A stretch of DNA of 63,924 nucleotides, filler included, from Globobulimina sp. (GCA_003354225.1; 39 parts of 39 records of this genome joined end to end with filler, not necessarily neighbours in it), one strand, 5' to 3'; counted from the whole stretch's first letter, positions 11,366 to 22,992 are shown. A program made the numbers and translations. Notes: a model not told the origin generated them from the sequence alone.

Positions 11366-11498
11366 CTGCAGAAAAATAAAAATATTGTCAGTGTTATTNN
11401 NNNNNNNNNNNNNNNNNNNNNNNNNNNNNNNNNNNNNNNNNNTTAATTAATTAANNNNNNNNNNNNNNNNNNNNNNNNNNNNNNNNNNNNNNNNNNNN

Positions 11499-13040
11499 CA
11501 TTCTATATTTGCTCGCTATACTTTGACATTCATCCAACACCAACAATTCCGTAGAAGATATGTCTTGAGCTGTACTGTCATCCGCTACTAATTTACATAC
11601 TAAACTGAATTACATTATATTATTTATATACAGCCATAACATTAGAATTTAGAAACGATTATAACAGAAACGAATATATTTAACTTTTGATATACTTGCG
11701 CTAATTTGCAAGAACTAGTGACCGCAGCACAAGAACCCTGGCAATCGTCACAAGTTTCTCTCCCACGGTCATCAGTGGTGCATTCAGTGCAGGCTTCCGA
11801 TGATATTAACCCCGTTGCATTGCAATCCAAATTGTTATAGACATTGGTTTGTATGGAACCATCATTGTTGCACTGATACGTGGTCGATGTCAGACTCTCC
11901 GCACCTTGCGGGTCGATATAGGTTATCATCTTCGAACAAACTCCGATTGGATAATTACTATAATAATTGCATGAGATTGGCGTCGCTGGCGCTGAATAGC
12001 CACAATCCACAGTTCTGGTATGCGCACAATAAGTATCTCCGGAGCAGCTCACATCGCCTGGGAATATAGTAAAGGTTAAGTCGGACGGTGTGTTTGCACC
12101 ATTGCCGCAATGATATTGTACACCATTTAAATTTTCGTCATCAATGGTACACATATCCTCATCTAAAATCACCGTATACTCTACATTTCCGCTGATATTA
12201 TGATACAAATCAGTGCAGGGACCTTGTGCGGAATAACTAAATAAGGTATAACCGCACGCATTCGTTGAACCGTCATTTAAACCGCCAGCAACATCGCATA
12301 TACAATTATGATCCATGCCACAGTCAACCTCTTCAGTGTTTTTTTCAGCGCCGGTACAGTCCGCAGATAAATAGGTTACTTTTTTGAATGTTGTAGCATC
12401 TTCGCAAACATACATTGATGACTCATAATAAGTGTTACTGTTATCGTCTGCAAATGTACCAGAGGCGGAACAGACACCTAATGGATGACCTAGGTAAGCG
12501 GAGCAAAAGACATGTTCAAGTTAACATGGTTTGCGTGCATTTCATTTCACTCAAAAACTTTTTAAGTTCGCGGAAACGCGTTTTTAGTATAAATATATGT
12601 ACAGAAATGTACCTTCAAATCTACCGCAATACTCACCAGCCTTCACATCAGCGGTCACATCGCATGTTACCGACTCCGAAGTCAATGAAGAACAGTCCAA
12701 ATCATGTTCTTTATATTCTATCAAACAGGCGGCATCTTCATAAATTGTGGTAGTCCACGCATTATAAATATTATTATTATCATTACATTCCGTTAGTTTC
12801 CATTTTGGAAAATCTGCGTCATATTCTTCATTATCATCGCCTACAGCAACGCATTCGCCGACTATGGCTGAATATTGTAGCAATAAATCCTGCTCAACCT
12901 CGTATTTGCCATCTTCGTCACAATCTTTATAATCTGATACTGTCATATAACAATCGTCGGCATCTGTATCTGCGCCACAAACACATTCTGTTTCTTTTAT
13001 TATAGAGGTATATATAGATTCATTCGTGTTAATGCTATAT
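11499..13040 (-). CDS. Cysteine-rich repetitive extracellular protein, multi-exon fragment
   Basis: Repeats of P(L/I)GVC...Y.C...Y...DC. GT-AG intron 12490-12612 joins the two ORFs (RFEG-HPLGVC). Confidence 0.7.
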
Positions 13041-13142
13041 NNNNNNNNNNNNNNNNNNNNNNNNNNNNNNNNNNNNNNNNNNNNTTAATTAATTAANNNN
13101 NNNNNNNNNNNNNNNNNNNNNNNNNNNNNNNNNNNNNNNNGA

Positions 13143-14682
13143 TTATGTAACAAAGCGCAACCATCACGTATTACAAATAATGATCTGAGTCTAATATATA
13201 ATATTAGTGATGCATTCCATCATAGAGGACATCGTAAATTCGGTTTAAATTTAGTTTTTGAGAGATTAGCAGATGAATGTGTGTCAATTGATGAGTTCCA
13301 AGAGTTTCAGTATTATATAGAAGCGGAAGAATATGACTCAGACAGTATCACACAAGCTATAGTTGATAAGATAAAAAACAAATATTTTAAATATCGGACG
13401 ACTAAAAAAAACAGAGATTACGGTGATCGCATTGCTGCTCTCATCAATGAACCAAGGAACGAAACATATACTGCTCCTTGCAATTCACACGAGTTTACAT
13501 TGAATTTATTATGGGCGTTTGTTGGTAATTATGGTTTATTAACAAAGGATATAACACCGTTTTATGAATATTTGAAAGAAAATGAATATGATTCGGACTC
13601 TGTGATGCAAGATGTAAATGCTGTACACCATGATAGACAATCAAATATTTATAACTATTTCAAACATTCAGCCATTGGTTCACATGCACTATCACGTTAT
13701 TATGGTTTATTCAAACAATATGTCATCATAAAGAAATTTCCAATATATCACCAAGGAGCTTTGATGCGATACACAGTGATGGCACCCAAATACTTTTCAT
13801 TATTTCAAGAAGCGTGTTTGAATGATGTATATCGAGTCTCTGTCTATAGTCAATGGAATGACATTATTATTAAAGCAAAGGCATATTTTAATAACAACAA
13901 TATTCAGAGAATGTATTGCAGCAAAGTAACGGATAAAGCATTTGGAATTGAGAAACATGAATCGATTGGATTACACCATATTTGTGCTATTAATTTATAT
14001 ACAGATTGGACGGAGCTTTCTAGCGAATTTAGCAAATCATATTGGAAATGGAGCAATATATCTGTTCATTGTAATAATTTTTATTGGATAGGAAGATACT
14101 TATTTGAGGCGGTGCAATTTTTTGGAGAGAAATTCGATTCCAAAGATTATAAAGTTCAATTATATCAAGGAATGAGTACTGTAATGAATTTCAATGAATT
14201 GTCGCCTGTGATTAATTTCCCAGCATCAACAACCGGGGATATATTTGTTGCACAAAATTTTGCTAAACGGCAGGGTACTGTACTTACATTTAAACCAAAG
14301 TATTTTGGAGAAATTGACAATTCAATGTGTTTGAATGTGCGCTTGTTGTCGCAATTTAAAGAGGAGGAGGAACGGTATGTTAATACGTATACGTATACAA
14401 ATTTAATACGCATTGTAACCATTGTTCTCAAATTTCAAAAGGTTGTTGATGGGAACAAAAATACAGATCCGTACAATTCGCCTGCCGGAGACTTCGACAA
14501 ATTTTCGAGTCTTCACTTTTGCAATGCTGTATATTGAAAAACTTTTGCAACAGACGGTTTTTGATATTCAATTTTATAATTCAGATAAGCTGTATTCAAC
14601 AACAAATATAAAAAATGCATCTAAATTGATAAACAAGTGTGTTGATAATGATATGCGTAGTTTGCCATCATATGTTGCGGAT
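13143..14682 (+). CDS. ADP-ribosyltransferase-like (R-S-E/ARTC fold) protein with repeated EYDSDS motif, partial
   Basis: AINLYTD, LYQG, PASTTGDIFVAQNFA, GTVLTF, LSQFKEEEER-LLMG after removing GT-AG intron 14375-14441. Confidence 0.65.
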
Positions 14683-14783
14683 NNNNNNNNNNNNNNNNNN
14701 NNNNNNNNNNNNNNNNNNNNNNNNNNTTAATTAATTAANNNNNNNNNNNNNNNNNNNNNNNNNNNNNNNNNNNNNNNNNNNNT

Positions 14784-16166
14784 ACGATGGTGATTGGATA
14801 TCGGTATTATTACTGGGATTATTACATAAATCATAAGAAAAAAGATGACAATAATCCAGGATATCTGGTGCGAGATTGGCACATTGCTCAGAAATATGTG
14901 GATTTAAAAACTGAGCTATTGGAACTTTGTCTGGATATGGACGAATATAAAGAAGTGCTGTATAAGTCACAGGATCTAAGCAATTGTATTTATAGTCGGG
15001 ACATTGCGAATAATTATTATTGGTACACACGCGAATATGGATTGGCTTGCGATGCTGTGATTAGTTTGCAACATATTATGTCTGTTTGTGTTTATTGTAG
15101 TTTTTATTATATTCAAAGTGCATTTCATAACACATTTTATCGAAAGTCAAGCACTGAGACTGATGCTGCGTTGAAGCAAAGACATTCTGTATTTTATAAT
15201 TTAGGTAAGTTATTACGAGAATGTGTGGAATGTTTTGGGCGAGAAATTACAAAAGCGAAACCTGATAAATTTTATGTAATTATCAGCGAGAATATGTTAT
15301 TTGGTCAGATTTATGCAAAGATATCAATTCCTTTGTGTTGCAGCACAGAATGCGGCGTAATAATGAATTATATAAATAATAGTCAGGATAATGGAGATTC
15401 GAACGGATTAATGTTGGAATTATGTGGCGATAAGAATAATCCTTGCGATTTTTTTGATTGTCAATTTTTCTCTGATTTTGTAAATGAAAAACAAGTGCTA
15501 TTTATTGGCGGATTTGAGCGGTTAAAATTTAACGCCGTTATTGATATACAGAAAGGGATAAATTATGGAATATATTTAAAAGCAATGAATATTATAAATT
15601 ATATTGTAAAAAAAAGAAAGAATAATTATGATAGAAATGGTATGAATATATCATCGATGATGAAGGAGATAATAATAAATTTATTGCGAAACGAAATAAA
15701 AAGACATTCAGTGTCAGTCATAGATGATGATATAAATGATAATAAATATATTGATATGTTATTTAATTATTATTTAAAGAGTATTTATGGAATAAAATTA
15801 GATTTAATAAAAATAAAAAATGATTATTCGTTTTTATGTCCAATATTTGGTATAGAAAACAATAAAAATGAAGGCTGGATTGATATTGGTGTTTTATTGA
15901 ATTTATTTCCAAATGTAAGTGTTATAAATTTAACGGGAATTAATAAATTCACACAGAATATAATGAATGCGATATATTCAAATATAATTCAAAACGATGT
16001 GAATTGTAAAGCGTACCCGTTATATAAATTAATTGTAAATTATTCAAATATCGCTGAACAAATTATAGATAAATTATTAAATCATAATATTAATAAATTT
16101 CAATCAAAATCATGGAGAATTGTTAGAAAATACCGATCCCTGAGTTTTGAGAGAATTCACCTTTGA
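14784..16166 (+). CDS. Degenerate ADP-ribosyltransferase-like paralogue, 5' partial
   Basis: IGYRYYYW, ISLQHIMSVCVYC, GKLLRECVECFG, PLCCST, GLMLEL, FSDFVNEKQVLFIGG align with the protein at 13143. Confidence 0.6.
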   Translation, partial: TMVIGYRYYYWDYYINHKKKDDNNPGYLVRDWHIAQKYVDLKTELLELCLDMDEYKEVLYKSQDLSNCIYSRDIANNYYWYTREYGLACDAVISLQHIMSVCVYCSFYYIQSAFHNTFYRKSSTETDAALKQRHSVFYNLGKLLRECVECFGREITKAKPDKFYVIISENMLFGQIYAKISIPLCCSTECGVIMNYINNSQDNGDSNGLMLELCGDKNNPCDFFDCQFFSDFVNEKQVLFIGGFERLKFNAVIDIQKGINYGIYLKAMNIINYIVKKRKNNYDRNGMNISSMMKEIIINLLRNEIKRHSVSVIDDDINDNKYIDMLFNYYLKSIYGIKLDLIKIKNDYSFLCPIFGIENNKNEGWIDIGVLLNLFPNVSVINLTGINKFTQNIMNAIYSNIIQNDVNCKAYPLYKLIVNYSNIAEQIIDKLLNHNINKFQSKSWRIVRKYRSLSFERIHL

Positions 16167-16849
16167 ATTCCGGTGACAAACATTTTTGTGTTTCTTAGTT
16201 GATTGTTATTTTTTTTCTGCTGCCTGACAAGATCAATGATATAAAAAGTAGTGGTACAAAATTCAATCAGGCCGTAGGTCTGATTCCAGACTCACAGATT
16301 GCTGAAACAACCCTGTGAGGGTTTNNNNNNNNNNNNNNNNNNNNNNNNNNNNNNNNNNNNNNNNNNNNTTAATTAATTAANNNNNNNNNNNNNNNNNNNN
16401 NNNNNNNNNNNNNNNNNNNNNNNNGCAGTTTATCCGTTGATGCCCTTTGTTGGTGATTCCATAGACTCGTAATAATATTGTCAGAGAAACATTTCTTTTT
16501 AACTGTTTTGCACAACGAAAACATGAAACTAGTATCTACATCTAGATATACAGTGATGTATCGGATAAGAGGAAGACGGTATGATGAAAATATTGGTATG
16601 ATGATCATACACATATTTAAGAATTTAATATTCTTATTCATTATTGCAAAGGATCGAAGAATGATAAATCCACCTAAGTCGATATTGCAAACTGGCAATT
16701 ATTATGTATAAACAACAAATTAATGAAGGTACATACTCATAATTGTGTATAAACATATTTTTATACAGTACCATTCTATTTTTATCCAACAACATTTCTG
16801 AGCTAGGATTGTATTGTAAAAAATTAAAAATTGAATTGATAATATCAAA

Positions 16850-17740
16850 ATGTTACGCATCAAAGAAACAGAAAAGCAACGATATACATGTGGATGGATG
16901 GTAGTTATTGCAATGGTTTTGGTACTACTCTTTATCACTGCTGCTGTATACGGATGGAACAATGATGTCGATGGATATCATGGAATTGCAGGAAAGAGAG
17001 TATTACAATCATCACAAAGAATACAATTATTCAAAGGCCAATCACAGGAAAACGGGGACATCGAGCAAATAAAAACAAAGCAAATCTGGGTAGAAGGTGT
17101 AGGAGAAACATATGAAATCAAAGTAGTTGCAACAAACGAAGAATTTAGCAAACAAGGAATGGAGTGCCCAAAATCTCCGGCAAAAACAGATAGCGCTGTT
17201 ACGCAGCAAACAGAAGTTGGTTCTGGTGAACGTGCATTAATAAACAACCCATTACAAACGGGGCATCGTATATTCCTCGGTCCGAACTTTGTATTATGTA
17301 AAAGAACTGTACGTAGCGGCATCATCCCTGGCGGATGGGGGTGGAAGACAGTGGCTGTATTTGATCATAAAAGAATACAAATATTCCCAGGCCAATCCAA
17401 GCGAAAGGCGTCAATTGAATACATACAAACAGTCAAAGTCTGGGTAGAAAGTCGAGGAACAACATATCAAATCAAAATAGTTGCAACAAACGAAGAAGTT
17501 CGCGAACAAGGAATTGTTTGCCCAGAATCTCTGCGGGAAGAAGATAATAAAATAGAAGTTTCTCCTGGTCCTGGTGGAGCTGCATTAGTGGTAAACCCAT
17601 GGGTAGACAATGCATTCAGTGGTGGAAATATTGGAAAGTACTATGTATTATGTAAAACAACTGTACGTAGCATCCCGGGCGTTTCTGAATGGGGATGGCG
17701 GACAGTGGCTGTATTTCATCGACCTTCAACTTATTCTTGA
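16850..17740 (+). CDS. Type II membrane or secreted protein with two tandem ~118-aa repeats
   Basis: N-terminal TM. Repeats RIQ.F.GQS..W V E..G.TY.IK.VATNEE...QG..CP..VLCK.TVRS..WGW.TVAVF are also visible at DNA level. Confidence 0.8.
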   Translation: MLRIKETEKQRYTCGWMVVIAMVLVLLFITAAVYGWNNDVDGYHGIAGKRVLQSSQRIQLFKGQSQENGDIEQIKTKQIWVEGVGETYEIKVVATNEEFSKQGMECPKSPAKTDSAVTQQTEVGSGERALINNPLQTGHRIFLGPNFVLCKRTVRSGIIPGGWGWKTVAVFDHKRIQIFPGQSKRKASIEYIQTVKVWVESRGTTYQIKIVATNEEVREQGIVCPESLREEDNKIEVSPGPGGAALVVNPWVDNAFSGGNIGKYYVLCKTTVRSIPGVSEWGWRTVAVFHRPSTYS

Positions 17741-18066
17741 TTGTGTAGTGATTTAATTCATATATTCTTTTTTATTTAACTTTAATTCTTAACTACTTTT
17801 GAATCCAAATCTATTCTCCAAATATAAATTAAAATATTTAGACTTGATTGGAGTTTATGCTCTGTTGGATGCTAAAACTATTAAAGATTTATATCCAAAT
17901 TTAAAAGGTTTGGTTTTGAATGGCGGCTTCTTTGATTATACGAAATCGTTAATAAATATATTTGGANNNNNNNNNNNNNNNNNNNNNNNNNNNNNNNNNN
18001 NNNNNNNNNNTTAATTAATTAANNNNNNNNNNNNNNNNNNNNNNNNNNNNNNNNNNNNNNNNNNNN

Positions 18067-19049
18067 CATAATGAATTTCCGCTGCTTGGAATTGTGTGGG
18101 ATTAACATTATCCAATTGGAAATTGTTAGTGTTTGGGTTTGGTGGTATAGTATTTCCAGCTATTGCAGGTTGCGACCGTTGCGTAACTTGCGTTGTGCCA
18201 TTTTGTACGTTTTGTAAGAAATTAAATATATTGGACGACGCAGTAGGAGCTCCACTTCGCAATCCGTCTGACTTTTGCTCGTTAGTGTTCTCATATGTTT
18301 GTAAAGTTTGAGCAGCTGACATGAAGTTTCCTCGATTTAAAGCAGCTTGCGAAAAATCTCTGGTGTCGTTGCGATAGTTGTGTACGTTGAACGCGTTTCT
18401 ATCGCGTTGCGAATCGTTTTCGTGACGTGTACTCAAGGCTGAATTGATACAAATTAGTATAATGTTACAAATATATATTCAGATGAAAATATAACATACG
18501 TGCTCCTCGTGCTAATCGTTCAATGATAGGCAAATCTTCGATGGGTATGGCTGGCCCAGAATACATAGCCCGTGAGGTGGTGCTTTGTTTTTCTTCCTCG
18601 GCGTGAATTGGATCAGATTCATCAGAAATGGCATCATTCGGCGGAGTATCTGAATTTTTGTGTGTAGGAGTTGCATTTTTCAATATAGAATGCTTTGGTG
18701 TTCTGGACGAAATATTTACAATTGGATCGGGATTAGCTCTAATTTTGGATTGTTCGTTCTTTCCTTTTATATGAATTTTGCCAATGTTTTGTGTGTCCTG
18801 TTCTGTGTTTAGTTGAATGTCTATACTTTGTGTATTGTTATTTGTTTTGATGATTGTGCCTTTAATCCAATCTGAATACTGACCAACATATGTTTCAACC
18901 ATCATTCCTTCGGCCCACTGATTAGTATTTGTAGATGTTTGCATGTTAAAATCAGACAATTTTGAACAAGAGTACTTAACGTATACGTTTCTTCCTTTTT
19001 TGTTTTTTTTTGGCGCAGAGTCTAATATTTGAATATATTTGCTGTCCAT
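18067..19049 (-). CDS. Hypothetical protein, two exons, 3' partial
   Basis: GT-AG intron 18439-18499 joins the two ORFs in frame (RLARGA-PLSTR). Possible Tudor/SH3-like segment WAEGMMVE..WIKGTI. Confidence 0.6.
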
Positions 19050-19210
19050 ATGAATATCCTTTTACAAAGACGATTGTAAATACTGATACAAATGACGTAG
19101 AGCTTTTGATGGACACTGATGAATTATGCCGAGTTCCTATATTTATATGAAATAACAGTGCCATGATATATAGTTTCTCACACTTTGAAGACTGACACTC
19201 TGAAGCTGTC

Positions 19211-19608
19211 ATGGAACTGACACGAGGCAATGAGCAATATATTGATACTGATGCATTAATAGCATATACGGATCACAAAGTCAAACCAAGAAAGTCAAAT
19301 TTAAAATTGATTATTATCACCATTGCATGTTTAGCTCTCGCTGTGATTGTGTTGTTAGTTGTATTTTATACAATTTCGTTGTCCAAATCTCCAAAAACAC
19401 AAAATCCAATTGGATTGTTTGGAAAATGGCCATCATATGGCGGAAATGCTAAAAATCAACAAATTACCCCATTAAAATACAGTACAATTTTAAATGAAGA
19501 TAATATACAAAATATATCATTAATTTGTCAATATGATACTTTAAAAGAATTTAGTTTTGGTGCAGGGGTTCTATATTCTGGATATATTACAATTGATAAC
19601 AATAACAA
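19211..19608 (+). CDS. Membrane-anchored PQQ-type beta-propeller protein, N-terminus
   Basis: TM anchor followed by WPSYGGNAKNQQ..LNEDNIQNISL, the typical start of quinoprotein propellers. Confidence 0.55.
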
Positions 19609-19708
19609 NNNNNNNNNNNNNNNNNNNNNNNNNNNNNNNNNNNNNNNNNNNNTTAATTAATTAANNNNNNNNNNNNNNNNNNNNNNNNNNNNNNNNNNNN
19701 NNNNNNNN

Positions 19709-20076
19709 AACATAGAAATAGATGCTTTTTTATTTAAATTTAATTCCATTGTTATTACATCTCCCTTCTTGTAAGAAACTGAATATTTACTACAATTACC
19801 ATATGCATAATATGCATAATGAATGGTTGAATCAGATTGACTAAAAAAGCATCTATTTCTATGTTTATGATTTGCTTCATCGATTCCGATTACACACTCA
19901 CTTCCTGTTAATTTATTTATTTTTATTTGCCATATAAAAATGCCGCTTCCTTTCACGACTTGGCCACCATACACAGTTCGCCATTCATCATCCTTTTTTA
20001 CGATTGTTTTTCCATAATCTTTGATGGTGAATGAATGATGGTGTGGCAAAACCTCGAAGACAATTATTTTTAACAT
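19709..20076 (-). CDS. SPRY-like domain fragment
   Basis: WRTVYG, GIFIWQIKI, VIGI, YKKGDVITMELNL. Part of it is locally duplicated at about 20141-20185. Confidence 0.65.
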
Positions 20077-20353
20077 TTATTTCTGAACATATTGAAAATA
20101 AAGAGAAAAAAAACATAGCATAGCACGCATTGCCACATTACAACTCCCTTCTTGTAAGAAACTGAATATTTACTAGGATTACCATTTGAATCATATTTAG
20201 AACCACCTGAATCATATCCATAATGAATATTTAAAAAGTATACAACTTATCGACCAGGGAGGGGATTATCTTTTGGATTTCTTAAAGTTTTGAAGAAAGT
20301 GCACAAGTTAACAGCACACAAGTGAATAGCACACAACTATATGTTAAATTTAT

Positions 20354-21250
20354 TTATTTGATTTTTTGAATAGAAACACCAGCCACAGAAACATTAACTA
20401 ACTCTTGTTTAGGCCAATGAATATTATAATGGCATCCATGATCACTTGCTATTTTAGCATATTGCCTGAATACAATGCTACATTTCGTTTCTACATTCAT
20501 TACTTGTCTCATTATTCTCGACGCGCCAATAGTCACTGAATACGATGGTATCCCATTTATCACTATCTTTCCATCCCCACTTTGTAACTGTACAATTAAG
20601 CCTTGCACATTATAAGATTCTGCATGTGCTTCAACGATATAAACCCCCTTTTCGACAATAATCCGTCCATTTTCTGAATTTAATTGAACGAATTCATCAT
20701 TTGCATGAGTAGAATGCGTTAATTTAATATTATTCCAACCCTTATTTCTCCGTTTACTGTCGGTTATAACTTCTGAAAATAATATGGGTTCATAGGTTTC
20801 TGGAGTAACAGATAATTGTTGTTGTAAATCATCAATTTTATGTTCACATTCTTGAATCCTTAGTTTTAAAAGGTCTGATTCTGTCATATTCTTTTTTGGG
20901 ATATTTAATACAAATGACAATGACACAAAAGCAGTTTGATACATAATTGTGAGCGATAAAAACTTTTCTTTGACAAAATATTTAATATTATGTTTGTTGT
21001 TTGTTTGTGATAGACAGTGCAATATACATTGAATGAAATTAGCAACGGACATAGCTGCACATTTTGCTTCTTTTAATATGTTATTACAATCTTGCATTGT
21101 GAATATTTTTTCATAAATTTGATGTTTGTTTTCTGTCGATGTGTCTGTAAATGTTAAACGAAACATTTTCGTGTCATCACTTTGTTTCTCATTCACGTCA
21201 AATAATTTGGATTCTACTTTAAATTGTTTATGTAATGAATACGATTTTGC
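20354..21250 (-). CDS. Hypothetical protein: alpha/beta head, coiled coil, C1q/TNF-like beta-sandwich; 5' partial
   Basis: Coiled coil LLKLRIQECEHKIDDLQQQL; GRIIVEKGVYIVEAHA resembles the C1q-like GxYx(I/V) strand. Confidence 0.55.
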   Translation of the reverse strand, partial: AKSYSLHKQFKVESKLFDVNEKQSDDTKMFRLTFTDTSTENKHQIYEKIFTMQDCNNILKEAKCAAMSVANFIQCILHCLSQTNNKHNIKYFVKEKFLSLTIMYQTAFVSLSFVLNIPKKNMTESDLLKLRIQECEHKIDDLQQQLSVTPETYEPILFSEVITDSKRRNKGWNNIKLTHSTHANDEFVQLNSENGRIIVEKGVYIVEAHAESYNVQGLIVQLQSGDGKIVINGIPSYSVTIGASRIMRQVMNVETKCSIVFRQYAKIASDHGCHYNIHWPKQELVNVSVAGVSIQKIK

Positions 21251-21350
21251 NNNNNNNNNNNNNNNNNNNNNNNNNNNNNNNNNNNNNNNNNNNNTTAATT
21301 AATTAANNNNNNNNNNNNNNNNNNNNNNNNNNNNNNNNNNNNNNNNNNNN

Positions 21351-21391
21351 GCATACACATGACTCTGATCGGGCATACACATGACTCTGAT
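21351..21391. repeat. 19-bp direct repeat GCATACACATGACTCTGAT x2
   Basis: Seen directly at the contig start, 3-nt spacer. Confidence 0.85.
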
Positions 21392-21456
21392 ATCATTTTC
21401 AAGAGCTGACAGATATGGGATTACCTGGGCATATTTTTTAGGCTCCCATCTGATTT

Positions 21457-22892
21457 TTACAATCCATATTTATTCTGATCCCATATTTTTTCATCATATT
21501 TATTTGCCAAATACCGGATTTCGGACTTAATGGTTTTGTATGCTATCATATTATTGGGATTTAGCCATGTTTTCCTGTCATCAATCAATATATGTTTATT
21601 ATTATTGGCAAATAGGTCATTTTCTTTTTTTTCATCGATTTTAATTATATTTTCTTGATTTTTATTATTTTCTGATTGGTTTCCATTGCTAATTTCTATT
21701 TTTCCTTCGGGATACACTTTATTTTTGTTTTGAAGTCATATGCTTTATTTATTTTATTATATAATGGCTTTATTTGGTTCAGAAACTCACATTTTTTGTC
21801 ATATAAACCATTATTTTTATTGCATCTAAGCAATTTTGAGAAGGATTTTGCATTTAATCGCTTCATAAATGCCTCGAAGGTGTTGAAACCATTGAAATTA
21901 TGCCTTTCCATTATCGATAATGTGTATAATTTGCTATTAAAAATCCGAATGAGTTTGTTATATTCCGTTCGTATGATATTGTTATCAATCAAATTAATAT
22001 ACGTTGGGCCGGCATAGTTTAATAGCGATATCGCTGTAGCTTCAACAAAATATTTTGCCACACCGGCACTGATTTGGCTGTATTTGTCATCTAATAATTT
22101 GTAGCAACTTCGTCGGATTACACCCATATCATTCAATATCTTCTTTGTATGCAGGTTAAAAGTCCATTGATTGTCCAATTCCATTCCTAATATTACGAAA
22201 CTATCAGAATGTTCGTGATTGGTTGCTCCATCCATTGAAAACTTATAATTTCTATATTTTCGTAACCAATCAAATAATTTGGTCTTTATTTTCTTTTGAT
22301 TGATGACAAATTGCTCAAATTCACATCTTTCCATTATAATTATGCATTTTTCGTCCATTTCATTGTGGCAATAATGCCATATTTCTTCTCTTATTGCATA
22401 ATTTATTACGGAATTCGCAATGCCATTTCCTGATTGTTTGCGATTTATCATTCTATGCATTTGACTTTCTGTAAATACATAATGTGGTTTTGCACGCTCG
22501 CTTATCCATTTTTGATTTCTTTTTACCAGAATGTTCTGCAAGTTATATATTATCGGAATATATTTAGTGTATTCTTGCTTAAATTGCTTTAATTTTTGGT
22601 AATAATGGTCCTTAAATACGAGGATGTGCGATTTATCTTTGTTTGTAGGGATATTGTTGACATTAAAATACTCCCTAATATAATTTATTGCATCTTGCAT
22701 TTTGGGGTACATTCTTGCCACAATATCGTAATACTTTTTATTTGGTTGCAATTTAATAAAATCTTCGATAGAAATCTGATTATTCATTGTGGCCTTTTTA
22801 TATTCGGATTTTCCACTATTTACGTAATATTTAAAGATGATGTAGATTTTTACTGGTCCCGTTCCCGCATCCTGGAAAAACTCAACAGTCTT
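21457..22892 (-). mobile_element. Divergent non-LTR retrotransposon ORF2 C-terminal part (RT thumb-like), one frameshift near 21700
   Basis: SFVILGMELDNQWTFNLH..ATAISLLNYAG..YNKLIRIF matches the LINE thumb consensus (YLG..LD..L.F..H; S.L.Y). Frame open to the contig end. Confidence 0.55.
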
Positions 22893-22992
22893 NNNNNNNN
22901 NNNNNNNNNNNNNNNNNNNNNNNNNNNNNNNNNNNNTTAATTAATTAANNNNNNNNNNNNNNNNNNNNNNNNNNNNNNNNNNNNNNNNNNNN

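Noticed and set aside
20141..20185. Repeat of 19757-19802 as a diversity-generating template/variable repeat pair
   Set aside because: Short local duplication of a SPRY segment with few differences, no adenine-specific pattern and no linked RT.
22150..22260. hAT transposase catalytic Asp in FSMDGATN
   Set aside because: The following ILGMELD..TF..H and SLLNY fit a LINE RT thumb better; no other hAT motifs seen.
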